The translations under genes and the position numbers were made by a program. 64,000 bases of DNA from NCBI GenBank assembly GCA_044229975.1, contig JBGARZ010000002.1:32001-96000 (forward strand), written 5' to 3'. Position 1 is the stretch's first letter. The number at the start of each line of letters is the position of its first letter. The DNA is from Polyangiales bacterium (GTDB lineage: Bacteria > Myxococcota_A > Polyangia > Polyangiales > Ga0077539). Positions 29,085-39,447 of this stretch are shown here, in pieces. The notes beneath the pieces are model-generated. The model did no database searches. It saw nothing but the letters and a program-made list of their open reading frames with translations, and was not told the origin of the DNA.

Positions 29085-30299
29085 ATGGCGACGATCCTCC
29101 ACATCGAAGACGACCCGCAGAGCCGCCTGCTCGTACGCAAGCTGCTCCAGCGCGCGGGCCACGAGGTGTTGGAGGCGGTCTCCGGGGTCGAAGGGACCCG
29201 CGTCGCGATGCACGCGCGGCCCGACCTGATCCTGCTCGACATCAACGTCCCCGACCTCGACGGCTACGAGGTCGCGATGCTGCTGCGCGAGCGGCTGGCC
29301 GAGGTTCCGATCGTGGCGGTGACGGCCGAGGGCGACCGCGCGACGGCGCTGGGCCTCGGGTGCCGCGGGTTCATCGCCAAGCCCATCGAGGTGCGAACCT
29401 TCGTGACGACGGTGGAGTCCTTCCTCGGGGCGCGCGCACACGAAGAGGCCGCGGCGGTCCCCGCGTCGGAGACGAGCTCGGAGGCGCTGCTCCGGGCGCA
29501 GGGCGCGCGGGTCGCGGCCCGCCTGGAGGCGAAGGTCCACGAGCTGAGCGACGCGCACGAGCGCCTGGTCGAGGCCGACCGTCTGCGGCGGGAGTTCTAT
29601 CGCAACGTGAGCCACGAGCTGGCGACGCCGCTCACCCCGATGGTGGGCTACCTCGGGCTCCTCGGGCGGGAGGAGCTCGGGCCGCTCAGCGAGCCGCAGC
29701 GCAAGGCCGTGCGCAACATGGACGGCGCGCTGGCGCGCCTGCGACGCACCATCGACAATCTGCTCGACGTGACCCAGCTCGAGACCGGTCGGCTGCGCTT
29801 CAGCTTCGCGCCGTACGACCTGCGGGACGTGGTGCTCCGCGTCGTCGAGGCTCGCCGCGCGGCGCTGTCGACCCAGGGCGTGGAGCTGTTCACCACGGTT
29901 CCTGACGGCTCGCTGCCTTCGCTCGGCGACGCCGATCGGGTCGGCCGCGCCATCGATCACCTGCTCGACAACGCGGCCAAGTTCGGCGGCGCGAGCGGCG
30001 CCATCGGGGTCGAGCTCCGGTACAGCGCGACGCACGCCGAGCTGCTCGTGGCCGATGCTGGGAGTGGTGTCGCGGCCGGGTGGCTCGCGCGCATCTTCGA
30101 GCCCTTCGTGCAGGTCGACGGATCGCCCACCCGTCGACACGGCGGCGCGGGCATCGGACTCGCGGTGGTGCGTGGCGTCGCCGAAGCCCACGGGGGAGGG
30201 GTCGTGGCCGAGACCGGGTCGCGCATGCGGGTGGCGGGGCGGACGTTCACGGGGCTGCTCGTGCGGCTCCAGGTGTCGCGTCGCCCCGAGGAGCCGTAG
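29085..30299 (+). CDS. Cytoplasmic hybrid REC-HisKA-HATPase histidine kinase
   Basis: IEDD...LLDINVP receiver; SHELATPLT H-box; NAAKF; GAGIGL. Confidence 0.92.
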   Translation: MATILHIEDDPQSRLLVRKLLQRAGHEVLEAVSGVEGTRVAMHARPDLILLDINVPDLDGYEVAMLLRERLAEVPIVAVTAEGDRATALGLGCRGFIAKPIEVRTFVTTVESFLGARAHEEAAAVPASETSSEALLRAQGARVAARLEAKVHELSDAHERLVEADRLRREFYRNVSHELATPLTPMVGYLGLLGREELGPLSEPQRKAVRNMDGALARLRRTIDNLLDVTQLETGRLRFSFAPYDLRDVVLRVVEARRAALSTQGVELFTTVPDGSLPSLGDADRVGRAIDHLLDNAAKFGGASGAIGVELRYSATHAELLVADAGSGVAAGWLARIFEPFVQVDGSPTRRHGGAGIGLAVVRGVAEAHGGGVVAETGSRMRVAGRTFTGLLVRLQVSRRPEEP

Positions 30300-30305
30300 C
30301 GTCCC

Positions 30306-31418
30306 GTGCGGGTCTATCTCGACCACCACGCCACCACGCCATTGAGCGTGCGCGCCCGCGACGCGATGCGGCCGTTGTGGGAGGAGGGCTTCGTCGGCAA
30401 CGCGTCGAGCGCGCACCGCGAAGGCCGCCGGATGCGCTCGCTCATCGACGAAGCGCGCAACTCCGTCGCGCGCGCGACAGGCGCCACCGCCCGGTCGTTG
30501 ACCTTCACCTCCGGCGGAACCGAGTCCGCCCACCTCGCCGTGCTCGGTCTCGGTCGCGTCGGTGCGGTCACGTCCCTGTGGTGCGACCCCGGCGCGCACC
30601 CCTGTCTCGTCGCGGCGATGGAGCGCCTCGGCGTCGAGCGTGGCCTCGCGCTCCGCTGGATTCCCACGACGTCAGAAGGCGCGGTCGACGTCGAGGCGTT
30701 GGCGACCGTGGAGCGCGACGCGCTGGTGGCCCTGTCGTGGGTGCAGCACGAGACGGGCGCCGTCACCGACGTCGCCGCGGTGCGGTCGGCGCTGTCGGCG
30801 AGGTGGCTGCTCGACGGGGTGCAGGCGCTGGGGAAGGTCGCGGTGGATGTCTCGACGATTGGCGCAGACGCAGTGACCTTCTCGGCGCACAAGATCGGCG
30901 GACCGCAGGGCGTCGGCGTGCTCTGGGCGGTGGGCGACCTCGCCGCTGTGATGCCCGGTGGTGGTCAGGAGCGCGGGCTGCGCGGCGGAACCGAAAACCT
31001 CCCCGGCATCGTCGGCTTCGGCGCAGCGGCCTCGGAGGTGGGCGACCGCCTCGCCGCGGTGCCGTCCGTGGGCGCACTCCGCGATCGCCTGGAGACGGCC
31101 CTGATCTCGCTGGGCGCGTCGCCTTCGGTGCGCGAGCGGGCGAGGGTGGCGACGGTGAGCCATGTCGCATGGCCCTCGGGCGTGGAGGGCGCGGAGCTGG
31201 TCGCCGCGTTCGATGTGGAGGGCGTCGCGGTGTCGTCGGGCTCGGCATGTTCGAGCGGCCGGGCGCGGGTGTCGGCGTCCATCGCCCGCGCCTATCCAGA
31301 CGAGCCGTGGCGCGCCACGTCGGCGCTGCGCGTGTCGCTCTCGCCCGCGACCACCGAGGCAGAGGTCGACCGGTTCATCGAGGCGGCCAACGTGGTGCTG
31401 CCTCGCTTCGTTCGCTGA
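30306..31418 (+). CDS. Cysteine desulfurase (IscS/NifS family)
   Basis: YLDHHATTP, SGGTES, SAHKIGGP, SSGSACSS. Confidence 0.9.
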   Translation: MRVYLDHHATTPLSVRARDAMRPLWEEGFVGNASSAHREGRRMRSLIDEARNSVARATGATARSLTFTSGGTESAHLAVLGLGRVGAVTSLWCDPGAHPCLVAAMERLGVERGLALRWIPTTSEGAVDVEALATVERDALVALSWVQHETGAVTDVAAVRSALSARWLLDGVQALGKVAVDVSTIGADAVTFSAHKIGGPQGVGVLWAVGDLAAVMPGGGQERGLRGGTENLPGIVGFGAAASEVGDRLAAVPSVGALRDRLETALISLGASPSVRERARVATVSHVAWPSGVEGAELVAAFDVEGVAVSSGSACSSGRARVSASIARAYPDEPWRATSALRVSLSPATTEAEVDRFIEAANVVLPRFVR

Positions 31419-31422
31419 CGGG

Positions 31423-31830
31423 TCAGCGCAGGACGATGCGCGCGAAGAAGTCCTGACCGCCGCCGTTGCGAACCAGCACCGAGCGCTCGTTGACGCCCAC
31501 CTCGGTGCCGCACGTGGGGATGACGATGGCGGCGCTGCCGATCTGCTGCGCGACGCTGCCCGTCGGCGCGAAGCCCGCCCAGACCTCGACGGAGGTCGGC
31601 GGTCGCCCGAGCCCGTGGCAGAGGCGCAGCGTCGTGTACTTGGGATAGCTGATGTGCGGGCCCGCCCAGCTGGAGCTGGCCCAGGTGCCGCTCGCGTCGT
31701 CGAAAGAAGCGCCCGGGAGGCCGCCGTCGCACCCGACCTCGACGACCCCATCGCACTGCGCGGGCTCCGTCGGCTCGGCGCACCCGACCGTCACGACGCC
31801 GAGCCACGCGAGCGCGCAGGCACACCTCAC
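31423..31830 (-). CDS. Small lipoprotein of unknown function
   Basis: Lipobox-like TVGC; GTG start overlaps the hemB stop; contains HGLGRPP. Confidence 0.6.
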   Translation of the reverse strand: MRCACALAWLGVVTVGCAEPTEPAQCDGVVEVGCDGGLPGASFDDASGTWASSSWAGPHISYPKYTTLRLCHGLGRPPTSVEVWAGFAPTGSVAQQIGSAAIVIPTCGTEVGVNERSVLVRNGGGQDFFARIVLR

Positions 31831-32813
31831 GCGAGCGCCTCGGCGAGGTCGCGTGCGTGGTAGGTCACGATGATGTCCGCGCCCGCGCGGCGGATGGAGG
31901 TCAGCGTCTCGCGCACCGCGCGGTGCAGGTCGATCCAGCCGTTTTGCGCGGCGGCGTGGAGCATCGCGTACTCGCCCGACACGTTGTAGGCGGCGACCGG
32001 GATGGACACCTCCTCCTTCACGGCGCGGATGACGTCGAGGTACGCGAGCGCGGGCTTCACCATCACGATGTCGGCGCCCTCCTCCACGTCGAGGCGCACC
32101 TCGCGCAGTGCCTCGCGCGTGTTGGCCGGGTCCATCTGATAGCCCGCGCGGTCGCCGAACTTCGGCGCGCAGTCGGCCGCCTCGCGAAACGGTCCGTAGA
32201 AGGCGCTCGCGTACTTCACCGCGTAGGCCATGACCACCGTGTCGGCGTGGCCCGCGCCGTCGAGCGCCCGTCGCACCGCGCCGATGCGGCCGTCCATCAT
32301 GTCGCTCGGCGCGACGACGTCGGCGCCCGCGTCGGCGTAGACCAACCCGATGCGCGCGAGTCGCTCCACGGTGGCGTCGTTGTCGACCTCGACGACGCCG
32401 TCGCGGCGCGTGTGGAGCACCCCGCAGTGGCCGTGCGCCGTGTACTCGTCGACGCAGACGTCCGCCATGAGAACGCTCTGCGGCAGCGCCGCTCGCAGCG
32501 CCCGCAGCGCTGTCGGAACGGGCCCGGCCGGGTCCCACGCACCAGACCCCTCGTCGTCCTTCTGCTCGGGCAGACCGAAGAGAAGAAAGCTCCGAATACC
32601 GAGTGCGGTAAGCGCCTGCGCTTCGGCGACGGCGAGGTCGACCGAGAGCTGCGCGTGGCCCGGCATGGAGTTGATGGGCTTGCGGCGCCCTTCACCGAGC
32701 GTGACGAAGAGCGGGGCGACGAGCTGCTCGGGGTGCAGCCGGGTCTCGCGCACGAGCGAGCGCAGCGCGGGGGTCTGACGAAGGCGGCGGGGACGTTCGA
32801 GGGGAAAGCTCAT
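31827..32813 (-). CDS. hemB: Porphobilinogen synthase
   Basis: RPRRLR, DVCVDEYTAHGHCG, SDMMDGR, MVKPAL, YNVSGEY. Confidence 0.97.
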   Translation of the reverse strand: MSFPLERPRRLRQTPALRSLVRETRLHPEQLVAPLFVTLGEGRRKPINSMPGHAQLSVDLAVAEAQALTALGIRSFLLFGLPEQKDDEGSGAWDPAGPVPTALRALRAALPQSVLMADVCVDEYTAHGHCGVLHTRRDGVVEVDNDATVERLARIGLVYADAGADVVAPSDMMDGRIGAVRRALDGAGHADTVVMAYAVKYASAFYGPFREAADCAPKFGDRAGYQMDPANTREALREVRLDVEEGADIVMVKPALAYLDVIRAVKEEVSIPVAAYNVSGEYAMLHAAAQNGWIDLHRAVRETLTSIRRAGADIIVTYHARDLAEALA

Positions 32814-34354
32814 GGCAGGGCGGAGGCTCCTTGGCGGTAGTGGTCTCGCAGGGCTTCGAGGAGGCCGTCAACGGTGTGTTCGCGCGCCTCGACATGGACC
32901 GGCACTCCAACCGCGCGCGCCGCGGCCGAGGTCGACGGGCCAATGGAGGCGAAGACGACGCGCGGGTCCGTGGGGTCGAGGCGGGCGCCGAGGCTCTCGG
33001 CGAGGTGGCGCGCGACCGACCCGGAGGTGAGCAGCACCGCGTCGATGCCGCGTTCGTCCCACAGGGCGCAGACGCGCGCGCGGTCGTCGTCGATGGGCCC
33101 CACCGTGCGGTACACGGCGACGTCCGAGACCACGGCGCCACCCGCGTCGAGCAGCGCGGGCAGGTCGTCGCCTGCGACTTCGGCACGTGCGAGCAGCACC
33201 CTGGTCCCGGACAGTCGGTCGCCTCGCAGGCGCACGATGCACGCAGCGACCGCGGCGCCGTGGTGCTCATCCGGTGTCGCGTCCGCGACGATGCCGTGCT
33301 CGCGCAGCGCTCTCGCCGTCTCGGGGCCGACGGCGACGACCTCGCATCCGCCGAACGATCGGGCGTCTCGGCGCATGGCACCGAGCGCGTCGAAGGTCCG
33401 CTCGACGCCGTTGACCGACGTAAACGCGACCACGTCGAACCCACCCCCCGCGAGTGCATCGAGAGCCGTCGTCACCGCGGTCGCGTGGGTCGGTCCCGCC
33501 ACGCGGATCATCGGGACCTCCACGCCGATCGCACCCTCGGCCACCAGCGCTTCGACGGTGGCGTCGCCCTGTCCGGGCGCCCTGGCGACGAGCACCCGAC
33601 GACCGTGGAGGCCCGGCCGGTCCCACCAGCGCAGGCGATCGCGCAGACCGACCACGCCGCCGACGACGATGAGGGCGGGCGATCGCACCGAGGCGGTCGC
33701 TGCCTTCGCCACGATGTCGGCGATGGTCCCGACGACGACGAGCTGTTCGGGGTGTGCTCCGGCCGAGATGATCGCGACCGGGGTGGAGGCGACCCGGCCG
33801 GCTTCGAGGAGCGTCGCCATGTCGTCGGCGAGCCGCGCGAGGCCCATGAAGATCACCACGGTGTCAGCGCCAGCCGCCGCGCGCAGGGGCGACTCGCCGT
33901 CCTTGCCCGATCGTTCGCGTGAGGTGACGAGCGCGACGGAGGAGGCGAGGTCGCGGTGGGTGAGGGGGATGCCGGCGTAGGCGGTCGCACCGAGCGCGGC
34001 GCTCACGCCAGGGATCACCTCGAAGGCCACACCATGATCGGAGAGAAACTCTGCCTCCTCGGCACCGCGACCGAAGACCAGGGCATCGCCGCCCTTGAGC
34101 CGCGCCACGCGCCGACCCTGTCCTGCTCTCAGCAGCAGCGTGTGGTTGATCTCGTCCTGCGTGGTCGACGCCTGGTCGCCGCGCTTGCCGACGAAGAGCC
34201 GCTCGGCCTCGGGGCGCGCGTGGCGCAACACCGCGGGGTGCACGAGGGCGTCGAAGAGCACCGTGTCGGCGCGCTCGATGGCCCCTCTTCCGCGGAGGGT
34301 GAGCAGGCCCGGATCACCGGGACCCACTCCGACGAGAGACACGAATCCGCGCAC
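32810..34354 (-). CDS. cobA: Fused uroporphyrinogen-III C-methyltransferase / uroporphyrinogen-III synthase (CobA-HemD)
   Basis: VGVGPGDPGLLT, RLKGGD, PGVS; C-terminal FTSVNGV...VGPET HemD domain. Confidence 0.9.
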   Translation of the reverse strand: MRGFVSLVGVGPGDPGLLTLRGRGAIERADTVLFDALVHPAVLRHARPEAERLFVGKRGDQASTTQDEINHTLLLRAGQGRRVARLKGGDALVFGRGAEEAEFLSDHGVAFEVIPGVSAALGATAYAGIPLTHRDLASSVALVTSRERSGKDGESPLRAAAGADTVVIFMGLARLADDMATLLEAGRVASTPVAIISAGAHPEQLVVVGTIADIVAKAATASVRSPALIVVGGVVGLRDRLRWWDRPGLHGRRVLVARAPGQGDATVEALVAEGAIGVEVPMIRVAGPTHATAVTTALDALAGGGFDVVAFTSVNGVERTFDALGAMRRDARSFGGCEVVAVGPETARALREHGIVADATPDEHHGAAVAACIVRLRGDRLSGTRVLLARAEVAGDDLPALLDAGGAVVSDVAVYRTVGPIDDDRARVCALWDERGIDAVLLTSGSVARHLAESLGARLDPTDPRVVFASIGPSTSAAARAVGVPVHVEAREHTVDGLLEALRDHYRQGASALP

Positions 34355-34437
34355 GACGGCGGCACTCTACGCCGACCGCACAGCGCTGTCCCGCGCATGG
34401 TTTGACACCGACCGCGGCCAGCGACTACCACCCGCCC

Positions 34438-34950
34438 GTGCGCTCGATCGTCCTCGTGGCCTCGCTGTTGTTCCTCCCCCCGTGTCGTGGGTCAACGCCG
34501 GTGGAGCCCGAAGGCCCCGCGAGGAGCGCGTCGCCTGCGCGCGTGACGCCGCCGGCGCCGCGCGGTCCGTCGGTGCGCGTGCTGACCCAGTCGGGCACGC
34601 CGGTGGACATCAACGTGGAGGTGGTCCGCGAGCCGCGCACCCGCGAGCGGGGGCTGATGTTCCGCCGCGACATGGAAGAGAACCACGGGATGATCTTCGT
34701 GTTTCCGCAGCCGGACCATCAGGTGTTCTGGATGCACAACACCATCCTGCCCCTCGACATGATCTTCATCCGCGCCGACCACACGATCCTCGGCATCGTG
34801 AAGAACGCGACGCCCGAGACGGACGACCCGCGCGAGGTCCCGGGCAACGCGCTCTACGTGCTGGAGGTCAACGGCGGCTTCTCCGACCGACACCACCTGA
34901 GCGCGGGCGACCGGGTCGAGTTCACTGACATCCCGCCCGCCCGTGAGTAA
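34438..34950 (+). CDS. DUF192-family exported protein
   Basis: RERGLMFR, GMIFVF, FWMHNT.LPLDMIF, VLEVNGG. Confidence 0.9.
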   Translation: MRSIVLVASLLFLPPCRGSTPVEPEGPARSASPARVTPPAPRGPSVRVLTQSGTPVDINVEVVREPRTRERGLMFRRDMEENHGMIFVFPQPDHQVFWMHNTILPLDMIFIRADHTILGIVKNATPETDDPREVPGNALYVLEVNGGFSDRHHLSAGDRVEFTDIPPARE

Positions 34951-34955
34951 CCGCC

Positions 34956-35756
34956 ATGAACACCCGACGCCTCACCCCTCCATTGTTGGCCCTCGCGCTC
35001 TCCTCGGGCTGCAACCTGACGGCCCCGGCCGAGCCTGCGTTTCGCCCCGCTGAAGCGCAGCCCATCCCGACGCCGTCGCCCGCGCTGCCTCGCGCCCAGC
35101 CGCCGAGTCAGCCCGCCCCGCCGGCGCCCACCGGCCGTCCGCGCTCGCGCGATCTCGTCGTGACGCCTGCGCACCCCGACGCGCCGCCCAACTCCGACCC
35201 CATGCACGGTCGTTACACCCTCGAACAGGCGACCGCGGGCCTCCCCGGAACCGGTGCGCTCGTGGCCACCATCGAGACGCGGCTGGGTAATTTCTCGTGC
35301 GAGCTGCTGTCGCGCGAGGCCCCCATCACGGTGGCCAACTTCGTCGGTCTCTCGCGCGGCCAACGCGACTTCTGGGATCCGGTCGCAGGCGCCTGGGTTC
35401 GTCGCCCGTACTACGACGGGTCGACGTTCCACCGGGTGATCCCCGGCTTCATGATCCAGGGCGGCGACATCCTCCGCTCGGGCATGGGCGGGCCGGGCTT
35501 CGAGTTCGCCGACGAAAACGTCCGCGGCCACAACGCGCCGGGTCTGTTGTGCATGGCCAACCACGGCCCCAACACCAACGGCGGGCAGTTCTTCATCACC
35601 GAGGTGGCGCGCGATCACCTCGACGGCAGCTACTCGATCTTCGGGCGTTGCACGCCGACCGACCTCGTGGCGCGCATCACGGGCGTCGAGCGTGACCCGC
35701 GCGACATGCCCATCGAGGCTGTGGTCATCGACCACGTCCGCATCTCCCGCCGCTGA
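34956..35756 (+). CDS. Cyclophilin-type peptidyl-prolyl isomerase, lipoprotein
   Basis: Lipobox LSSGC; FHRVIPGFMIQGGD; MANHGPNTNGGQFFI. Confidence 0.95.
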   Translation: MNTRRLTPPLLALALSSGCNLTAPAEPAFRPAEAQPIPTPSPALPRAQPPSQPAPPAPTGRPRSRDLVVTPAHPDAPPNSDPMHGRYTLEQATAGLPGTGALVATIETRLGNFSCELLSREAPITVANFVGLSRGQRDFWDPVAGAWVRRPYYDGSTFHRVIPGFMIQGGDILRSGMGGPGFEFADENVRGHNAPGLLCMANHGPNTNGGQFFITEVARDHLDGSYSIFGRCTPTDLVARITGVERDPRDMPIEAVVIDHVRISRR

Positions 35757-35817
35757 CTCTCCCTCCCTCGCGGGCAACCTTTTTCGGGGCGGGCGTCGAC
35801 AAGCGCCCCGCTGCCCA

Positions 35818-36237
35818 ATGGTCCCCCGCACCACCCGTCACGCCCTCGCTCTCGCCGTCGCGGTCGTCGCCACCGTCTCTGCGCTACGCCGCGGTCCGCG
35901 GTCCTTCGCTCCACCTCCCGAACCGCCTCCTGCCACCATCGTCGCCTCGCGGGTCGACGTGAACCATGCGAGCCGCGAGTCGCTGGAGTCGCTCCCGGCG
36001 GTCGGACCGACGCTCGCTCGCCGCATCATCGAAGGCCGCCCGTATGCGCGATTGGAAGACCTTCGCCGCGTGCGGGGCATCGGTGCGCGGACCTTGGCGC
36101 GGCTGCGAGACCGGGCCTGTGTGGGCGAGGGATGTCGATCAGAGGTCCCGCAGGAAGCTCACTCCGACGGTGGCCGTGACGAAGTCCGCCGCGAGGTCGC
36201 GCCCCACGAATGGGAACGCGTAGGCCGCCTCGAATGA
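35818..36237 (+). CDS. ComEA-like helix-hairpin-helix DNA-binding protein
   Basis: Signal/TM segment; VDVNHAS..LESLPAVGPTLARRII; LRRVRGIG. Confidence 0.8.
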   Translation: MVPRTTRHALALAVAVVATVSALRRGPRSFAPPPEPPPATIVASRVDVNHASRESLESLPAVGPTLARRIIEGRPYARLEDLRRVRGIGARTLARLRDRACVGEGCRSEVPQEAHSDGGRDEVRREVAPHEWERVGRLE

Positions 36238-36663
36238 CAGACCGAGCCCGCGACGCAGGAGCCATCGCACGCCGAGGCGCGCTTCGGCGCTCGGGGTGAT
36301 CCACCCGTCGAGCGGACCGTTGAACACATCGCCGCGCACGCCGAGCCCGAGGTAGGGGACGACCCGCAGCACGTCGATGGCGTAGAGGGCGCCGACGCTG
36401 AGCGAGGCGCCGTGTCGCGGGCCACGCGGTTGATCTGGAAACGCGAGGGTGTACGCGCCGACGGCGTAGAGCGAGAAGGCGTCGTTGAGCCCGTAGTGCG
36501 CGCCGAGTTCGAGCGCCGCGCCGGGCCCACCGACCGGGCCCGTGGACCCGGCGAATCCGACGCGCGGGCTCAGCACCAGCTCGCGCTCGAGCGCACTGGC
36601 CGGCGGGGCCGCGAGGGCGAGGGCGAGGGCGGCGACGTGACGGGGGCGGGGAGGTGCGCGCAT
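36139..36663 (-). CDS. Small outer-membrane beta-barrel protein
   Basis: Signal peptide ending ASA; amphipathic strands (VVPYLGLG). Confidence 0.7.
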   Translation of the reverse strand: MRAPPRPRHVAALALALAAPPASALERELVLSPRVGFAGSTGPVGGPGAALELGAHYGLNDAFSLYAVGAYTLAFPDQPRGPRHGASLSVGALYAIDVLRVVPYLGLGVRGDVFNGPLDGWITPSAEARLGVRWLLRRGLGLSFEAAYAFPFVGRDLAADFVTATVGVSFLRDL

Positions 36664-36709
36664 GCGGGGGACGGCGTACCACGGAGCGGACGCGGGGCGT
36701 CGTCGCTGG

Positions 36710-36737
36710 TTGACTCAAGGGGTCTCGCGTGTAGAGT
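36710..36737 (+). promoter_or_regulatory. Candidate promoter of the yfgM-bamB-like pair
   Basis: TTGACT-16 bp-TAGAGT. Confidence 0.5.
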
Positions 36738-36794
36738 CCGCGCCGCTTTGGCGACGCCAGAGGTTGCCGGATAGATCGGGTTCGAGGAGTGCGC

Positions 36795-38039
36795 GTGACA
36801 TCGAGCGAGAACGACGAGCGGGACGACGAGCGGGACGACGAGGTCGAGTCCGCCGAGGCTCCAGGGGCAGAGGCCCAGGAGGCCGCCGCGGAAGATCCGA
36901 ACGTCCCGAAAAACCGCGCCGAGCGCCGTGCTGCGGCGAAGGCTGCGCGTCGTGGCCGGGTGGCCGTGCTCTCGGATGGGACGACTCCGGCCGAGGACGA
37001 AGTTCTCGGCGACCTGACCGCGGACGGCGCGGGGCTCGCGCTGCCGACGACCTCGATGGGTGGAAACCCGTCGTCCCTCACCGAGGCGACGCCCGGCGCG
37101 GGCCGTCGCAAGCCGCCGCCTCGCACGATGGCGAAGGGCACCGGCGACGCGGAGGGCGTGCCGGAGTGGGCGCGCTCGTGGGCTGATTCGCTGGGCAAGC
37201 ACCGCCGTACGCTGGTCATGGCCGCGGCGGGTGTTCTGGTGGTCGTGGTCGCCGCCACCGGGTGGCAGACGTGGCAGGAGCGAAAGGCCGCCCGCGCGGG
37301 TGATGCGTTCGCTGACGCGCTGCTGTCTGCCAACGCCAACATCGAGGCCGAGGAGACCCCCGCGCGCGAAGATGCACCGCCGCGGCGTGGTCCGGTGTAT
37401 CGCTCGCTCGAAGCGCGTCTGCGGGCCTCGACCGAGAAGTTTCGCCAGGTCGAGCAGCGCAACCCGCAGAGCCGGGTAGCGCCCATCGCGCGCCTGTCGG
37501 AGGCGACGGCACTCTATCAGCTGGGTCGTTACCAGGAGGCGCGTCAGCTCTACCAGGCGTTGCTCGGCGTAGACACGTCGGGGCTGGAGGCGAGGGTGCT
37601 GGAGGGCCTGGCGTTTACGTTGGAGTCGCTCAACGACCTCGACGGCGCCGCGACCCGGTACCGTGAGCTCGCGGCGGTGCAAAACGGCGCCTACCGAGAC
37701 TCCGCACAGTTCTACCAGGCGCGTCTCTTCGTGCGTCGGGACGATCCGGCGCACGCGAAGGAGCTGCTCCACGGCATCATCGAGCGGACGGCCCACCCGA
37801 CCGCGACCGATCCGCTCGCGACCTCGGTGCAGAACCTCCGTGAGCAGTCCATCGCGCTGCTTCGGGAGATCGATCCGCAGGACCCGCAGATCATCGAGTA
37901 CGACCGCGCTCGTGCGTCGGGTAGCGAAGCGGGCGGCGAGCATGCCGGCGAGGGCGGCGGACGCGATCCGCTTCAGGGTTTGCCCCCCGCGCTGCGTCGT
38001 CAGATCGAAGAGCAGCTCCGGAAGCAGGGGCGCCGCTAG
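36795..38039 (+). CDS. YfgM-like TM + TPR protein with an acidic N-terminal extension
   Basis: One TM helix then TPR-like helices; upstream of a beta-propeller lipoprotein, as in yfgM-bamB. Confidence 0.7.
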   Translation: MTSSENDERDDERDDEVESAEAPGAEAQEAAAEDPNVPKNRAERRAAAKAARRGRVAVLSDGTTPAEDEVLGDLTADGAGLALPTTSMGGNPSSLTEATPGAGRRKPPPRTMAKGTGDAEGVPEWARSWADSLGKHRRTLVMAAAGVLVVVVAATGWQTWQERKAARAGDAFADALLSANANIEAEETPAREDAPPRRGPVYRSLEARLRASTEKFRQVEQRNPQSRVAPIARLSEATALYQLGRYQEARQLYQALLGVDTSGLEARVLEGLAFTLESLNDLDGAATRYRELAAVQNGAYRDSAQFYQARLFVRRDDPAHAKELLHGIIERTAHPTATDPLATSVQNLREQSIALLREIDPQDPQIIEYDRARASGSEAGGEHAGEGGGRDPLQGLPPALRRQIEEQLRKQGRR

Positions 38040-38046
38040 GGCGTCG

Positions 38047-39243
38047 GTGTTCGCAGTGGGTTTACACCGTCGGTTGATCGCCGCGCTCGCAGCGGGCGCG
38101 CTCGCTTTGTCGGGCTGCGCCCGGTTGCAACTTGGGACGCACGCGCACCCAGATCTCAACGAGGCCGCGCCGGTATGGCGCCGGACCATCGCCCAGTTCC
38201 AGTGGCGCGCTCCGCTGGTCGTCGCGACCGACCTTGAGAGCCACCCGAGAAACCGCGGCATTCCGGCCGTCGACGCCGAGCGGGGTCTCGTCTACGTGGG
38301 CGGGCTCGACCACGGCGTGCATGCGCTGCGGGCCGACGATGGTCTGCCCATCTGGCGATTTCAGACGCTGGGAGCTGTCGAGGGCAGCATCGTCCTCGAC
38401 CGCGACACGGTGTTTGTCGGCTCCGACGACGCCGCTCTCTACGCGCTGGACGCTACGACGGGCGTGCAGCGTTGGCGCTTCGCGGCGGCCGCCGAGGTGG
38501 TCCGGGCACCGATCGTCACGCCCGATGCGGTGTACTTCGTGAGCGCGGACGACACGGTGTTTGCGCTCAATCGTGTGACGGGCGAACAGCGCTGGCGCTA
38601 CCATCGCGACCCCCCAGGCGGCATCACAGCGAGCGGTCACGCCGGGCTGTTGTTCGCGCGGGGGAAGCTCTTCTGCGGCTTCTCCGACGGCACCGTGGTG
38701 GCCATCGATCCGGGCGACGGGTCGGCGAGCTGGGAGCGAGACACGGCGGCTGACGCGGACGAGGACGGTGCCTCCGAAGCGCATCGGGTGATCGACGTCG
38801 ACACGACGCCGGTGTTGCTCGATGGGTCGCTGTTCGTGGCGTCTCAGTCGACGGGGCTCTATGCGCTCGACCCCCAAGGGGGCGGCGTTCGCTGGCGTCT
38901 AGACTGGTTGAAGGCCGCCTCGTCGATGGCTTCGGACGGGCGCCACCTGTACGTGACGTCGTCGACCCTGGGACTCGTGAAGCTCGATCCCGCGGATGGG
39001 TCGGTGCTCTGGGCGCGGGACTTCGGCGCCGGGGCGTTGCAGGTGACGGACGCCGGGGACGGACTGTTGATGGTTCCGTCAGCGTCGCAGGCGCTGTGGC
39101 TGGTGCGCGCTCGCGACGGCGAGGTGCTGGAGGGCCTCGGCCGGGGTGGGGTCACCGGGATGCCGATCCGGTCGGGGTCGTGGGTGTTCTTCGGAACCAA
39201 CCTGGGCGTGCTCCAGGCGTACCGGCTCACGACCGCGCAGTAG
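38047..39243 (+). CDS. PQQ-type beta-propeller lipoprotein (BamB-like)
   Basis: Lipobox LSGC; repeated ALDxxTGxxxW blades. Confidence 0.85.
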   Translation: MFAVGLHRRLIAALAAGALALSGCARLQLGTHAHPDLNEAAPVWRRTIAQFQWRAPLVVATDLESHPRNRGIPAVDAERGLVYVGGLDHGVHALRADDGLPIWRFQTLGAVEGSIVLDRDTVFVGSDDAALYALDATTGVQRWRFAAAAEVVRAPIVTPDAVYFVSADDTVFALNRVTGEQRWRYHRDPPGGITASGHAGLLFARGKLFCGFSDGTVVAIDPGDGSASWERDTAADADEDGASEAHRVIDVDTTPVLLDGSLFVASQSTGLYALDPQGGGVRWRLDWLKAASSMASDGRHLYVTSSTLGLVKLDPADGSVLWARDFGAGALQVTDAGDGLLMVPSASQALWLVRARDGEVLEGLGRGGVTGMPIRSGSWVFFGTNLGVLQAYRLTTAQ

Positions 39244-39447
39244 AGCGACTGTTCGGGCGTCGGGGGGCGTCGGGGCTGGGCCGGGACCCCGCAGGGGTGT
39301 GTGTGCGTTGGTCTGCCTGGGCCGCAGGCTGGAGCGAGTGGGGCGCGGTCCACTTGGGACCCGTCGCATGGGCTGGGGCAACCGCTGAGCAGCGGTGTGG
39401 ATTGGCCGGGAAACCAGCCAGATCTCCCCGTTTTCCCCAGCTCTTGA

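Noticed and set aside
36139..36237. 99-bp convergent overlap of the ComEA-like and OMP genes
   Set aside because: Probably stop-codon drift in GC-rich DNA; the tail lies beyond the HhH domain
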